Of a DNA stretch of 64,000 bases, positions 44,796 to 54,786 are shown one piece after another (position 1 is the first letter of the stretch; each line of letters opens with the position of its first letter). The DNA is from Prevotella sp. GTDB taxonomy: Bacteria; Bacteroidota; Bacteroidia; Bacteroidales; Bacteroidaceae. Position numbers and translations under genes: made by a program. The stretch is taken from positions 909 through 64,908 of the forward strand of contig JAEEPZ010000010.1 of NCBI GenBank assembly GCA_016285055.1, written 5' to 3'. The notes beneath the pieces are model-generated. The model saw nothing but the letters and a program-made list of their open reading frames with translations, ran no database searches and was not told the origin of the DNA.

Positions 44796-44861
44796 AAGGA
44801 GTTATGTAGTATGGAGTTGAGAGTATGGAGTTGGGGAATAAGGAGTTGTGTAGTAAGGAGT
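44796..44861. repeat. Degenerate heptamer satellite (aggagtt-like) between rnfC and rnfD
   Basis: aaggagt tatgtagt atggagt tgagagt atggagt ... aaggagt. Confidence 0.65.
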
Positions 44862-44869
44862 GATGCCAA

Positions 44870-46240
44870 TCACTTCTTTGCGGCAGCGCGGCTGCGGATG
44901 ATGCCCATAACAGTTTGCTTGCCCTGACGGATGTTGTCAAGCAGCGGGCGGTGGGCAGGACAGGTAAACTGGCACGAGCCACACTCTATGCAGCTGACAA
45001 TATCCTCATGCTCGGCTTTCTCCCAGTTTTTGAAAGCAGAGAGCTTGGCCAGCAGATAAGGCTCCAGTCCCATGGGGCAGGCGCTGACGCACTTCGCACA
45101 GCGGATGCAGGGCTGCGGCTCCTGGCGGCGTGCATCGTCATCGCTGAGGATGGTCACCGAGTTCGTTCCCTTGCAGATGGGCACCTCGGTCGATGTGAGC
45201 GCCTTGCCCATCATCGGGCCGCCAGCCAGCAGTTTGTTGTCGCAGTCGGGCATACCGCCACACAGGCCGATGAGCATCTGCATCGGCGTGCCCATGCGCA
45301 CCAGGAAGTTGCCCGGATGCTGCAGGCGCTTGCCCGTCACGGTGGTGTAGCGCTCGAACAGCGGCTTGTGCTTCATCACAGCCTGATAGACAGCGAAGGC
45401 CGTACCCACGTTCTGCACGATGGCTCCCACATTGACAGGGATGGCAGGCGGAGCCGGCACCTGACGGCGGATGACGGCGTCAACCAGCTGTTTCTCGCCG
45501 CCTTGCGGATAGCGCTGGGCCAGAGGAACCACCTCGACGCTGTATGCCGAACTGTTAAACGCTTCGGTGCACTTCTTCGTGAGCAGTTCGATGGCCTTGG
45601 GCTTGTTCGTCTCAATGCCGATGTAGCCCTTGGTCACCTTGGCGCCCTTCATCAGCAGCTCCAAGCCAACAATGATTTCGTCGGCGTGCTCCATCATCAG
45701 CCTGTAGTCGGCAGTGATGTAAGGCTCGCACTCCACCGCGTTGATGATGACACACTCAGCCTTGGCTGTGGGAGGCGGTGTCAGCTTAATGAAGGTAGGG
45801 AAGCAGGCGCCACCCATACCCACGATGCCTGCGCTCTTTATCAGCCTGACGATTTCCTCGGGGGTCAGTTCAGGATGGTCTTTCACCAGTTCCAGTTTGT
45901 CTGAGCGGTCAATGCTCTCTTCCCATTCGTCACCTTCCACATCGATAAAGATGCAGGGCTTGCGATAGCCTGTAGCATCGATGGCCGTATCAATCTTGGC
46001 CACTGTGCCGCTGACACTGCTGAAGATGGGAGCCGAAACGAATCCGCCGGCATCGGCAATCATGGTGCCCACCTTCACCTTGTCGCCTTTCTGCACGATA
46101 GGCACGGCAGGAGCGCCGATGTGCTGGCTCAAGGGGAAGATGGCCTGCTTGGGCAGCGGCGCCACCTGTGTGGCCGCCTCATGCGTCAGTTTGTTCTCTT
46201 CGGGGTGAATACCACCTATACGAAATGTTCTGATGTTCAT
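44870..46240 (-). CDS. rnfC: Rnf complex subunit C
   Basis: QHIGAP, GIVGMGGA.FPT, ECEPY, YPQGGEK, GGPMMG, two CxxCxxC motifs. Confidence 0.94.
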   Translation of the reverse strand: MNIRTFRIGGIHPEENKLTHEAATQVAPLPKQAIFPLSQHIGAPAVPIVQKGDKVKVGTMIADAGGFVSAPIFSSVSGTVAKIDTAIDATGYRKPCIFIDVEGDEWEESIDRSDKLELVKDHPELTPEEIVRLIKSAGIVGMGGACFPTFIKLTPPPTAKAECVIINAVECEPYITADYRLMMEHADEIIVGLELLMKGAKVTKGYIGIETNKPKAIELLTKKCTEAFNSSAYSVEVVPLAQRYPQGGEKQLVDAVIRRQVPAPPAIPVNVGAIVQNVGTAFAVYQAVMKHKPLFERYTTVTGKRLQHPGNFLVRMGTPMQMLIGLCGGMPDCDNKLLAGGPMMGKALTSTEVPICKGTNSVTILSDDDARRQEPQPCIRCAKCVSACPMGLEPYLLAKLSAFKNWEKAEHEDIVSCIECGSCQFTCPAHRPLLDNIRQGKQTVMGIIRSRAAAKK

Positions 46241-47109
46241 ACTGTTGCCTCCTTTCCTTCTACTTTTGGTTCAACGGGCTTGGGAGCGGGGAAGTTGACG
46301 GCCTGAATGGCGTGCGTAGGACAGACGCTGACGCATTTGCGACACAGGTGACACTTGTTCGAATCGATGTAGGAAAGATTTTGTCCGAGGGTGATGGCTT
46401 CAAACTGACATTCCCTGACGCACTTGCCGCAGCCAATGCAGCTCACCGTGCAGGCTTTGCGCGACACGGCACCCTTGTCCTTGTTCACACACGACACGAA
46501 GACGCGACGACCCTTCAGACCCTTCTTGCGCAACTCGATGATGCCGCGCGGACAGGCCTTGGTGCAAGCGCCGCAAGCCGTACATTTCTCTTCGTCCACC
46601 TCTGCCAGTCCTGTCTCAGGATTGATGTGGATGGCACCAAACTGGCAGGCCTGCACACAGTCGCCACAGCCCAAACAGCCAAAGCCGCAGGCGGTCTCGC
46701 CGGCGCCGCAGGCATGCATGGCCGCACAGGAACGCAGGCCAGCATACTCAGCTATCTTCGGTCTGTTCTCACATGAGCCGTTGCAACGCACCACGGCCAC
46801 CTTCGGCTCACCGTTGGCAATGGCCATGCCCAAGAGGTCGGCCACGCGGCCCATCACCTCACTGCCGCCGACAGGACAGTTCAGCCCTTCAAGGCTGCCT
46901 GCATCGGCGCCTTTCACCAGTGCATCGGCCATGCCGCCACAACCGGCAAAGCCGCAGCCGCCGCAGTTGGCGCCAGGCAACAACTCGTTCACCTGGGCGA
47001 TGCGCGGGTCTTCATAAACAGCAAAGCGCTTGGAGCATACAAACAGCACGATGGCTGCGATGAGCGCGATGCCTCCAAGCACTAATACTGCAATCAAGAT
47101 GAAATTCAT
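46237..47109 (-). CDS. rnfB: Rnf complex subunit B
   Basis: LPGANCGGCGFAGC and polyferredoxin motifs. Confidence 0.92.
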   Translation of the reverse strand: MNFILIAVLVLGGIALIAAIVLFVCSKRFAVYEDPRIAQVNELLPGANCGGCGFAGCGGMADALVKGADAGSLEGLNCPVGGSEVMGRVADLLGMAIANGEPKVAVVRCNGSCENRPKIAEYAGLRSCAAMHACGAGETACGFGCLGCGDCVQACQFGAIHINPETGLAEVDEEKCTACGACTKACPRGIIELRKKGLKGRRVFVSCVNKDKGAVSRKACTVSCIGCGKCVRECQFEAITLGQNLSYIDSNKCHLCRKCVSVCPTHAIQAVNFPAPKPVEPKVEGKEATV

Positions 47110-47149
47110 AGTTATGTTGAATGTTTTATTGTTGAGTTTGTAGTTTGTT

Positions 47150-47569
47150 TTACGATTCGATATGAAAAGCGATGCTGCCGGCTATGCGGTGGCGGAAGAG
47201 CCACAGACATATATAATAAGGTATGAGCGAGGCAATCATCAAGAGTGCGGCCAATCCTTCGCTGCATTTCGCTGCCAACGCCATGACGAGCACTGCAAGC
47301 ATGATGATCAGAGGGATGCCGAAGCCCAGTAGCAAAGCCCTGCCTGCCATAGCGCCCGATGTGCTGACCGTCACGGCTTGCCCTTTCTCCCAGCGGAAGG
47401 TCTCACGACCGTCCGCCACGACATCGATAATCTTTTCCTTGGCCTCGGCAGTGTGACATCGGGCAGCCACCTTGCATGCGGCGCAGGCTGACGCCTGCAG
47501 GATGCGCACTCTGACGAGCCCGTCCTCTACCGACTCCACGATGCCTTCATGGCGTATTTGCTTTTCCAT
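47150..47569 (-). CDS. rseC: RseC family protein
   Basis: HEGIV, SACAACKVAARC, two C-terminal TM helices; real start ATG 47569. Confidence 0.85.
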   Translation of the reverse strand: MEKQIRHEGIVESVEDGLVRVRILQASACAACKVAARCHTAEAKEKIIDVVADGRETFRWEKGQAVTVSTSGAMAGRALLLGFGIPLIIMLAVLVMALAAKCSEGLAALLMIASLIPYYICLWLFRHRIAGSIAFHIES

Positions 47570-47577
47570 AGCGTGTG

Positions 47578-47678
47578 CAAAGGTACAACTAAAATATGAA
47601 AATAGACGAAGAAACGGAATCTTTTTCAGAAAAATATTCGTAATCGTTTGCAGATACAAATCCTTTTTCTTACTTTTG
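47578..47678. promoter_or_regulatory. Divergent promoters for the rseC-rnf and hypothetical-ClC units
   Basis: TACCTTTG on minus (47578-47585); TTTG-N20-TACTTTTG on plus (47647-47678). Confidence 0.7.
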
Positions 47679-47753
47679 CAAGCGACAAAGCAACGAAGGG
47701 GATTGCTCACCTTATTCCTTACCGTTGCAAATACACAGAAAAGAGAAAGCATT

Positions 47754-48194
47754 ATGAAGGCAACAGAACAGACCATCCAGCAAATCGACAGAGCACTGCG
47801 CAAGACAGCTGAAAAGTTTCCTACTTCAGAGGAGGCTACCGTGATGACCGATATCCACATTCGCGTGTCGCAGGATTCCGGCGAGGTGATGACTTTCGAT
47901 GACGATGACAACGAGCTGATGCGCTGCGTCGTTGAACAATGGATTGACAACAAGGACGATGACTTCTACGACAGCGTTGCCACCATGCTGAGAGAGGGCA
48001 TTGAGCGCCAGAAAGACGTGCTCGAGAATCTCTCCATCCTGAAGCCGTATTCCTTTGTCTTAGAGAACGATGACAGTGAAAGCCTTGAGGAACTGTTTGT
48101 GGTTGACGACGACATCGCCATCATCAGTCCGCTGTCAATGGACAGCCTCGACAGCGACCTGGACGACTTCCTCGAAAACCTGTTGAAATCCTGA
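47754..48194 (+). CDS. Acidic hypothetical protein
   Basis: ATG 47754 downstream of promoter; genome-typical codon usage; 4 nt before ClC gene. Confidence 0.75.
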   Translation: MKATEQTIQQIDRALRKTAEKFPTSEEATVMTDIHIRVSQDSGEVMTFDDDDNELMRCVVEQWIDNKDDDFYDSVATMLREGIERQKDVLENLSILKPYSFVLENDDSESLEELFVVDDDIAIISPLSMDSLDSDLDDFLENLLKS

Positions 48195-48198
48195 GCGA

Positions 48199-49995
48199 AT
48201 GTCAGCACGGAGCGTCATCTCACTTATCACACGCATCGACACATGGCGCGCCACTCACATCAGTGAGCGCATGTTCGTGCTGATGTTGGCGTTCCTCGTA
48301 GGCTTGCTCTCGGCCGTGGCAGCCTACGTGCTCCACTGGCTCATCAATCAGATTGTGGCTTTGCTCACAGGCAGTTTCGATGCCAGCAGCTTCAATCTCC
48401 TCTACCTTGTCTATCCTGTCGTGGGTATCTTCATCACCATGCTGTTTGTGCGCTACGTGGTGAAGGACAACATCTCACACGGCATCACACGCATCCTTTA
48501 TGCCATCAGCCAGAACCGCTCGAAGCTGAAGAGCCACAACACATGGACGTCGGTAGTGGCTTCGGCCATCACCATCGGCTTTGGCGGATCGGTAGGAGCC
48601 GAGGCACCTATTGTGCTCACCGGCTCAGCTATCGGCTCCAACCTGGGCAAGCTGTTCCGCATGGACAGTCACACGCTGATGCTCCTCGTGGGCTGCGGAG
48701 CGGCAGGCGCCATTGCCGGCATCTTCAAGGCACCCATTGCCGGCCTTGTCTTCACCCTTGAGGTACTGATGATTGACCTGACGATGGCATCGCTCATGCC
48801 TATCCTCGTCAGCTGTGTCACCGCCACCTGCTTCACCTACATCTTCAGCGGCGATGCTGCCCTGTTTACTTTCCACCTCGACGACTCATGGACGGTGGAG
48901 CGCATCCCTGCCTGCGTGCTGCTCGGCATCTTCTGCGGCATGGTCAGCCTTTATTTCATACGCACCATGAGTTTCTGCGAGGGACTCTTTGCACGCCTCA
49001 AAGACTATCCATACGTCAAACTGATGATTGGCGGCCTGCTGCTCTCGCTGCTCATTTTCCTGTTCCCGTCGCTTTTCGGCGAAGGCTACAGCAGTATCGA
49101 CCTGCTGCTCAACGGACGTAGCGAGGATGACTGGACCGAGATTCTGAACAACTCGCTCTTCGCAGGGCAGGAGAAGTTTCTCGTGCTCTACATCTTCCTT
49201 GTACTGTTGACAAAGGTCTTTGCCACTTCGGCCACCAATGGTGCAGGAGGCTGCGGCGGCACCTTCGCCCCGTCGCTTTTCGTGGGCTGCTTCAGCGGAT
49301 TCCTCTTCTCACGCCTCTGGAACATCTATGAGGTAGGTGTGCACGTGCCTGAGAAGAACTTCGCCTTGATGGGCATGGCCGGCGTGATGTCGGGCGTGAT
49401 GCACGCCCCGTTGACGGGAATCTTCCTCATTGCGGAGCTGACAGGAGGCTACAGTCTGTTCCTGCCACTGATGATAGTGTCGGTGTGCAGCTATCTCACC
49501 ATCATCATCTTCGAGCCACACAGCATCTACGGAGCACGACTGGCCAAGGAAGGCAAGCTCATCACTCACCACACCGACCATGCTGTGCTGACGCTGATGC
49601 AATTAGACAGCGTCATCGACCGCGACTTCCTGTCTGTCGCTCCCGACACCGACCTGGCGCAGCTTGTGCACCGCATCAGCCGTTCCAAAGGCAGCATCAT
49701 CCCTGTGCTCGATGCGGCCGGCAATCTCTTGGGCGAGATAGACATCCAGAAGATTCGCCACGTGGTGTTCCGCACCGAGCTCTACCATCACTTCACGGCA
49801 CAGCAACTCATGCAGCAGCCGCCCGCAGTATTGGCTGACAGCCTGCCCATGAAAGAGGTGATGAAGACTTTTGACGACACCCATGCGGACTATCTGCCCG
49901 TACTCGATGCCGAAGGACACCTGAAGGGCTATCTTTCACGCCAGCACGTCTTCACACAGTATCGCCGCATGGTGGCAGACATGAGCGAAGATTAG
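48199..49995 (+). CDS. ClC-family chloride channel/antiporter with CBS domains
   Basis: SHGI, GSVGAEAP, FKAPIAG, GGTFAP motifs, C-terminal CBS pair. Confidence 0.92.
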   Translation: MSARSVISLITRIDTWRATHISERMFVLMLAFLVGLLSAVAAYVLHWLINQIVALLTGSFDASSFNLLYLVYPVVGIFITMLFVRYVVKDNISHGITRILYAISQNRSKLKSHNTWTSVVASAITIGFGGSVGAEAPIVLTGSAIGSNLGKLFRMDSHTLMLLVGCGAAGAIAGIFKAPIAGLVFTLEVLMIDLTMASLMPILVSCVTATCFTYIFSGDAALFTFHLDDSWTVERIPACVLLGIFCGMVSLYFIRTMSFCEGLFARLKDYPYVKLMIGGLLLSLLIFLFPSLFGEGYSSIDLLLNGRSEDDWTEILNNSLFAGQEKFLVLYIFLVLLTKVFATSATNGAGGCGGTFAPSLFVGCFSGFLFSRLWNIYEVGVHVPEKNFALMGMAGVMSGVMHAPLTGIFLIAELTGGYSLFLPLMIVSVCSYLTIIIFEPHSIYGARLAKEGKLITHHTDHAVLTLMQLDSVIDRDFLSVAPDTDLAQLVHRISRSKGSIIPVLDAAGNLLGEIDIQKIRHVVFRTELYHHFTAQQLMQQPPAVLADSLPMKEVMKTFDDTHADYLPVLDAEGHLKGYLSRQHVFTQYRRMVADMSED

Positions 49996-50004
49996 TTTAA
50001 AATC

Positions 50005-50115
50005 GTCCGGAGGCTTCGGACGATTCGTCCGAAGGCTTCGGACACTCTGTCCGAAGGCTTCGGACTGTTTGTCCGAAGGCTTCGGACAAAAAGTCCGAAA
50101 TGCAAAGAAAAATGA
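50005..50115. repeat. Four 17-bp palindromes, 22-bp period, plus conserved tail (twin of 27053)
   Basis: Units at 50005, 50027, 50049, 50071; tail gtccgaaatgcaaagaaaaatga. Confidence 0.92.
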
Positions 50116-50148
50116 CAATTGCTCAAACGCTGGTCGAAAAAAAGGCTG

Positions 50149-50619
50149 TTACATCCGGGCCAGCATCTGGTGATTCAACAGACGCTGACGGGCCATCTCC
50201 GCGTACTTCGTATCAGGACGGCCATAGTTGGCGTAAGGATAGATGCTGATGCCGCCACGGGGCAGGAAGAGGCCCAACACCTCAATATATTTCGGATCCA
50301 TGAGGCGGATGAGGTCTTTCATGATAACGTTGACACAGTCCTCATGGAAATCACCGTGGTTGCGGAAGGAGAAGAGGTAGAGCTTGAGACTCTTCGACTC
50401 CACCATGCGCTTGTCGGGCATATACATAATCTTTAGCTCTGCGAAGTCGGGCTGACCAGTGATGGGACACAGGGTGGTGAACTCTGGGCAGTTGAACTGC
50501 ACCCAATAGTCGTTTTCAGGATGCTGGTTCTCAAAAGTCTCCAGCAGTGACGGGTCATAATTGGCAGCATACTGTGTCTCACGGCCCAGCAGTTGCAGGT
50601 GTTCGTTGGTTCTTGGCAT
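50149..50619 (-). CDS. queF: PreQ0 reductase (7-cyano-7-deazaguanine reductase)
   Basis: [32 protein letters not shown]. Confidence 0.96.
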   Translation of the reverse strand: MPRTNEHLQLLGRETQYAANYDPSLLETFENQHPENDYWVQFNCPEFTTLCPITGQPDFAELKIMYMPDKRMVESKSLKLYLFSFRNHGDFHEDCVNVIMKDLIRLMDPKYIEVLGLFLPRGGISIYPYANYGRPDTKYAEMARQRLLNHQMLARM

Positions 50620-50630
50620 GACAGAATGGA

Positions 50631-50711
50631 TGAAGTAAGAAGTATGAAGTAAGAAGTAAGGAGATGAGGAGTAAGGAGTTGAGGAGTAAGGAGTTGAGGA
50701 GTAAGGAGTAA
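50631..50711. repeat. 7/8-bp satellite (aaggagt/tgaggagt/aagaagt)
   Basis: Fills most of the queF-antiporter spacer. Confidence 0.85.
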
Positions 50712-50713
50712 TG

Positions 50714-51676
50714 CTACAGGTTATACAACAGCCAGCCCATGTAGCCGAGGAAGAGGACGGTGAGCAGAGCCCCCTCCCAGCGTTCCACGGTGTATCGCGT
50801 AAAGGAGAAAGCCCAGACGAGCACTACCGAGATGAGCATCGTACCTATGTCCACCATCGTGATGCCACCTATCTGCATGGGGCAGATGACCGCTGTGATA
50901 CCTAAGATGAGCAGCACGTTGAACACATTGGAGCCAATCACGTTGCCAATGGCGATGGCCGACTTTCCTTTGCGGGCGGCTACTACGCTGGTGGCCAGTT
51001 CGGGAAGCGATGTTCCGCCAGCCACGACGGTCAGGCCTATCACACCGTCGCTCACGCCCAGTGAGGCTGCGAGGTCGGAGGCATTGCCCACGAACAGGTT
51101 GCTGCCAAAGACGAGAAACGCCAAGCCAAGGACGACGAAGAGGATGCCCTTCCATGTAGGCATCATCTCGCGCGCACCTTCGGGCTCGCTGCTGACGCCG
51201 TTCTTCTTCGTCACACGGAAAGTGTAGACCATAAACGCCGCGAAGCCTGCCAGCAACAAGATACCGTCTAAGCGGCTGATGCTGTTACCCACAATGCTGA
51301 GCGAGCCGAAGCCGTCGAGGCAGAGCACAATAAGCAGCACGGAGGCCATGACGGCAAAGGGGATGTCCTTCTTCACCGTCGAGGGGCTGATAATCATAGG
51401 TGCTACCATAGCGGCACAGCCCACGATGAGCAAGGAGTTGAAGGTGTTGGAGCCAACAACATTGCCGACGGCCAGGTCGGGTGTGCCTTTGAGGGCCGAC
51501 ACAATGCTGACAAACAGTTCAGGGGCCGAGGTGCCTGCCGCCACGATGGTGAGGCCTATCACGATTTCCGGCACTTTCATGCGGCGCGCCAAGGCCGAGG
51601 CTCCCTCGGTAAGACGGTCGGCTCCTTGCAATACAAGGACGATGCCGATGACAATCAGAAGAATGTTGAGCAGCAT
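50714..51676 (-). CDS. Ca2+/Na+ antiporter (CaCA, YrbG-like)
   Basis: Duplicated alpha repeats GTSAPE...GNVVGSN and GTSLPE...GNVIGSN. Confidence 0.92.
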   Translation of the reverse strand: MLLNILLIVIGIVLVLQGADRLTEGASALARRMKVPEIVIGLTIVAAGTSAPELFVSIVSALKGTPDLAVGNVVGSNTFNSLLIVGCAAMVAPMIISPSTVKKDIPFAVMASVLLIVLCLDGFGSLSIVGNSISRLDGILLLAGFAAFMVYTFRVTKKNGVSSEPEGAREMMPTWKGILFVVLGLAFLVFGSNLFVGNASDLAASLGVSDGVIGLTVVAGGTSLPELATSVVAARKGKSAIAIGNVIGSNVFNVLLILGITAVICPMQIGGITMVDIGTMLISVVLVWAFSFTRYTVERWEGALLTVLFLGYMGWLLYNL

Positions 51677-51682
51677 GACGGC

Positions 51683-52780
51683 TTAGTATTCAAAGGTATA
51701 GACAACCTGTTGGCCGCGTCGTGTCACGGTGAGGGTGTTCACGCTACGGTCGGCGTTGAGGGTGGTGCTGACGGTGATGCGGTCATCTTCCTCCTTGCCT
51801 GTTGCCCCACTGATGATGCTGGTGTTGCGGGCATAGCGGAAAAGTGAGAGCAACTGGTAGGGGTCGCACTGCTCTGTGCCGAAGATGAGCTGGTTGACGT
51901 CGACAGACTGTCGGCGATTGTCGGTCTGCGAATAGGTCAGCTTCATGTTCTCAAGCACATGGTCGGTGGCGATGCGCAGGCTGTCGGCATTGTGCAGGCT
52001 GTCGGGCTGAAGGCTCTGACCGCCCAGCTTCACGGCATAGCGCTTGGCGGGCTGGCCGTAGCTGTGGTGCTCGATGTTGAAAGCGTAGTTGGCCGAGGCC
52101 TGGATGTAGCCGTTGAAATACTGTGCATAGTATCCCACCGTATCATTCTGGCCAACCAGCATTTTGGGCTGGTAGTCGTTGCCATAGCGTCCGCTCAGCG
52201 TATGCTGACCGTTGCTGACGGTGAGGGTGCTGTCGCCATCGTTGAAGTTCAGACTCAGGTTCATCAGCCCCGTGCCGTCTTTGGTGACATGGAGCGACGT
52301 GGGACGGTGCTGCTGATCGTAGGTGAACTCAAAGCGTGAGCCATCGCTGCCCGTGATGGTTTTCACGTCGGCAGCCGACCCTAACGAGCCGTCGCCACGC
52401 GTGGCATACTGCCAGTAGAGCACGCCAGCATGGGCATCGTCTGAATGATTGACGTCAACAAACATGAACTTGGCCGAGCGCGAGTAGTCGGTACTGTTCT
52501 GCTGGAAGTGCACGGGGAAGCTGTAGGATGTCTCACCTTTGCCCTCAGTTCTCTCCAGTGTGCACCACCCCGACTGTCCGTCGGTGAGGCCGACCTTCCA
52601 ATCGCCATAGCTGTAGAGCACGATGGAGTCCACCACGTTATTGGCATAGACAGCGTTCACCGCCTGTGCCGGCTTGCGGAAGACGAACCCGGCGTTATAA
52701 GGGTCGCCAGAATCCAGACACGAAGTCAGCAACGTCAAACTGATAAATAAAAAACAAATGATAAATGATAAGTGCTTCAT
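51683..52780 (-). CDS. Hypothetical lipoprotein (BACON-like N-domain possible)
   Basis: Lipobox LLTSC followed by acidic LDSGD; in operon context. Confidence 0.7.
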   Translation of the reverse strand: MKHLSFIICFLFISLTLLTSCLDSGDPYNAGFVFRKPAQAVNAVYANNVVDSIVLYSYGDWKVGLTDGQSGWCTLERTEGKGETSYSFPVHFQQNSTDYSRSAKFMFVDVNHSDDAHAGVLYWQYATRGDGSLGSAADVKTITGSDGSRFEFTYDQQHRPTSLHVTKDGTGLMNLSLNFNDGDSTLTVSNGQHTLSGRYGNDYQPKMLVGQNDTVGYYAQYFNGYIQASANYAFNIEHHSYGQPAKRYAVKLGGQSLQPDSLHNADSLRIATDHVLENMKLTYSQTDNRRQSVDVNQLIFGTEQCDPYQLLSLFRYARNTSIISGATGKEEDDRITVSTTLNADRSVNTLTVTRRGQQVVYTFEY

Positions 52781-52811
52781 ATCTTCACTGTTCTATTTCA
52801 ATGTTCATTGT

Positions 52812-53237
52812 TCAATCCTCTTCCCAGTTCTCGAAATCGAAATCACCGTAGCCTTCGAGCGAGGGCACGACGAAAGCGTCCATCTGCCGACGGTCTTTCT
52901 TCGTGGGGCGCCCCGTACCACGGGCACGATCGACAAAGCCACTGATGCGGTTCATCTCCAACAGGTCATACTGATCCTGAGGCGTGACATTCTCGTAGAC
53001 GTCGGCCAGGAGCTTCGCCCCCACGCGCATCTCAATGGGCTTGATGATGCGGAAGCTGAACGTGACAGGCGGCTTGCGCACGCTGATCACGTCGTCGGCT
53101 TTCACCATGCGTGAGGGCTTCACATTGACGCCGTTCACCGCCACACGCCCGTTCTTGCAGGCGTCGGCGGCGATGGTGCGGGTCTTGAAGATGCGGGCGG
53201 CCCACAGCCATTTGTCTATTCTTGCTTCACTGTTCAT
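52812..53237 (-). CDS. hslR: S4-domain ribosome-associated heat shock protein Hsp15
   Basis: RIDKWLWAARIFKTR, GRPTKKDRR. Confidence 0.92.
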   Translation of the reverse strand: MNSEARIDKWLWAARIFKTRTIAADACKNGRVAVNGVNVKPSRMVKADDVISVRKPPVTFSFRIIKPIEMRVGAKLLADVYENVTPQDQYDLLEMNRISGFVDRARGTGRPTKKDRRQMDAFVVPSLEGYGDFDFENWEED

Positions 53238-53239
53238 TT

Positions 53240-53872
53240 TTATGGGTGGGATATGGACTCCGCCGAGACAACTGGCTCGTCTGGAGATTGTTTGGGGGTC
53301 GGTTTCTTCCCCAATTTGTTAAACTGGTTCATGGTGATGTCGATGCCTGCGAGGACAAAGCTCTCAATCATCTTCACGGCTGTGTCGATACTGGGCTGTA
53401 GCAGGTCGAGTTCCTCCTGCGAATACTGGCCCAGCACCCAGTCTATCTGGCCGCCCTGACGATAGTCGGCACCGATGCCCATGCGCAGGCGGGCATACTG
53501 CTGGCCAATGAGCTGCTGGATGTGCCCCAGACCGTTGTGGCCGCCATTCGAGCCGCCGGCCTTCAAACGGAAGGCGCCCAAGGGCAGCGCCACGTCGTCG
53601 CTCACAACGAGCAGGCGCTCCTGGTCGATGTTCTCATGGTTCAGCCAATAGCGCACAGCATTGCCACTCAGGTTCATATAAGTGGTGGGTTTCAGGAGGA
53701 ACACCTTGCGCCCCCGCAGCGATGCCTCAGCCACAAAGCCGTAGCGGCGGTCGCTGAAAACGGCGTTGGATGCTTTCGCAAAAGCATCCAACACCATATA
53801 TCCAGTATTGTGGCGGGTCAGGGCATACTCGTCGCCCGGATTGCCCAAGCCAACAATCAAATACTTGTCCAT
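53240..53872 (-). CDS. pth: Peptidyl-tRNA hydrolase
   Basis: GLGNPG..Y..TRHN, KPTTYMNLSG, GGHNGL. Confidence 0.96.
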   Translation of the reverse strand: MDKYLIVGLGNPGDEYALTRHNTGYMVLDAFAKASNAVFSDRRYGFVAEASLRGRKVFLLKPTTYMNLSGNAVRYWLNHENIDQERLLVVSDDVALPLGAFRLKAGGSNGGHNGLGHIQQLIGQQYARLRMGIGADYRQGGQIDWVLGQYSQEELDLLQPSIDTAVKMIESFVLAGIDITMNQFNKLGKKPTPKQSPDEPVVSAESISHP

Positions 53873-53875
53873 CTA

Positions 53876-54466
53876 TTACTCTGCAGCAGCGGCGGCAGCC
53901 TTAGAAGCACGAGTCTCCTTCACGGAGCAGACCACCACCTGAGCGGGAGTCGTCAGAGTGATGCCGTCGAACTTCAGCTCGCCCACCTTGATGGCCTTAC
54001 CCAGACCAAGGTTGGTAACATCGATTTCCAGAATCTCGGGGATGTTCTTATACGGAGCAGTAACGTCGATCTTGCGGATAGAGAGGTTCAGCTTGCCACC
54101 GTCGCGCACGCCCTGTGCCAGACCGTTCAGCTTCACGGGGATACCCACGGTGATGTCCTTCGTCTCGTTCACCTCATAGAAGTCAGCGTGCAGAATAGCC
54201 TCGGTGGTGGGGTGGAACTGCAACTCCTTGATAATGGCTTTGTGCTCCTGGCCATCGATGTTGATGACTACCACATAGACATGGGGGGTGTAGACGACCT
54301 TGCGCAGCTCAGTGAAAGCCACAGCAAACGAGAGTGCCTTCGGCAGGCCATTCTCTCTCTCCTCACCATACAGATTGCAGGGCACCAGACCCTCTTTACG
54401 CATCAGCTTGCTGGCCTTCTTGCCGGTGGCCTCACGCTTCTGACCGTTGATAACAATTTCTTTCAT
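53876..54466 (-). CDS. rplY: 50S ribosomal protein L25/Ctc
   Basis: GKKASK..R, PCNLYG, QFHP...HADF, GVRDGG. Confidence 0.95.
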   Translation of the reverse strand: MKEIVINGQKREATGKKASKLMRKEGLVPCNLYGEERENGLPKALSFAVAFTELRKVVYTPHVYVVVINIDGQEHKAIIKELQFHPTTEAILHADFYEVNETKDITVGIPVKLNGLAQGVRDGGKLNLSIRKIDVTAPYKNIPEILEIDVTNLGLGKAIKVGELKFDGITLTTPAQVVVCSVKETRASKAAAAAAE

Positions 54467-54546
54467 AACAGTTGTGTTACTCTAAATTAAGTGTTAAAAA
54501 TAATGTTTGTTTGACTTAATTCGCCATCACACGAAAAAAGCGGCTG

Positions 54547-54726
54547 CAAAGGTACGAAGAAGTTCGGAGTTTGGCTTCAGAAGTCTGAAGTTATTTTCTG
54601 CCTGTTAACATTATTTACGAATCATCTGTTCACGCCCGCACACCTTCTTCAAGACTGCCGAAAAGCAACAATTATTCAAAAAAGTGACAAAACATTTGCG
54701 CATTTAACGAAAATGACATAATTTTG
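54547..54726. promoter_or_regulatory. Divergent promoters for rplY and pheA
   Basis: TACCTTTG on minus (54547-54554); TTTG-N20-TAATTTTG on plus (54695-54726). Confidence 0.65.
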
Positions 54727-54786
54727 CACGCCGAAACTACGAATAGAAAGAAAAAAAAGCACAAGCGGGACGCTTTTGTCAATAAA

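Noticed and set aside
47472-47953. Long overlapping N-terminal extensions of rseC and the acidic hypothetical in the ORF track
   Set aside because: Divergent promoters at 47578-47678 and ATGs at 47569 and 47754 give non-overlapping genes
50620-50713. preQ1 riboswitch upstream of queF
   Set aside because: The spacer is satellite DNA with no preQ1 stem or A-rich tail on the minus strand
52740-52814. Heptamer-like tracts (aatgata, tgttcaa) around the lipoprotein start
   Set aside because: Only 2-4 degenerate units; too weak to list separately, though consistent with the genome-wide heptamer pattern
54467-54545. Ribosomal L25 autoregulatory leader
   Set aside because: Only a weak short hairpin is visible; cannot be supported without a covariance search
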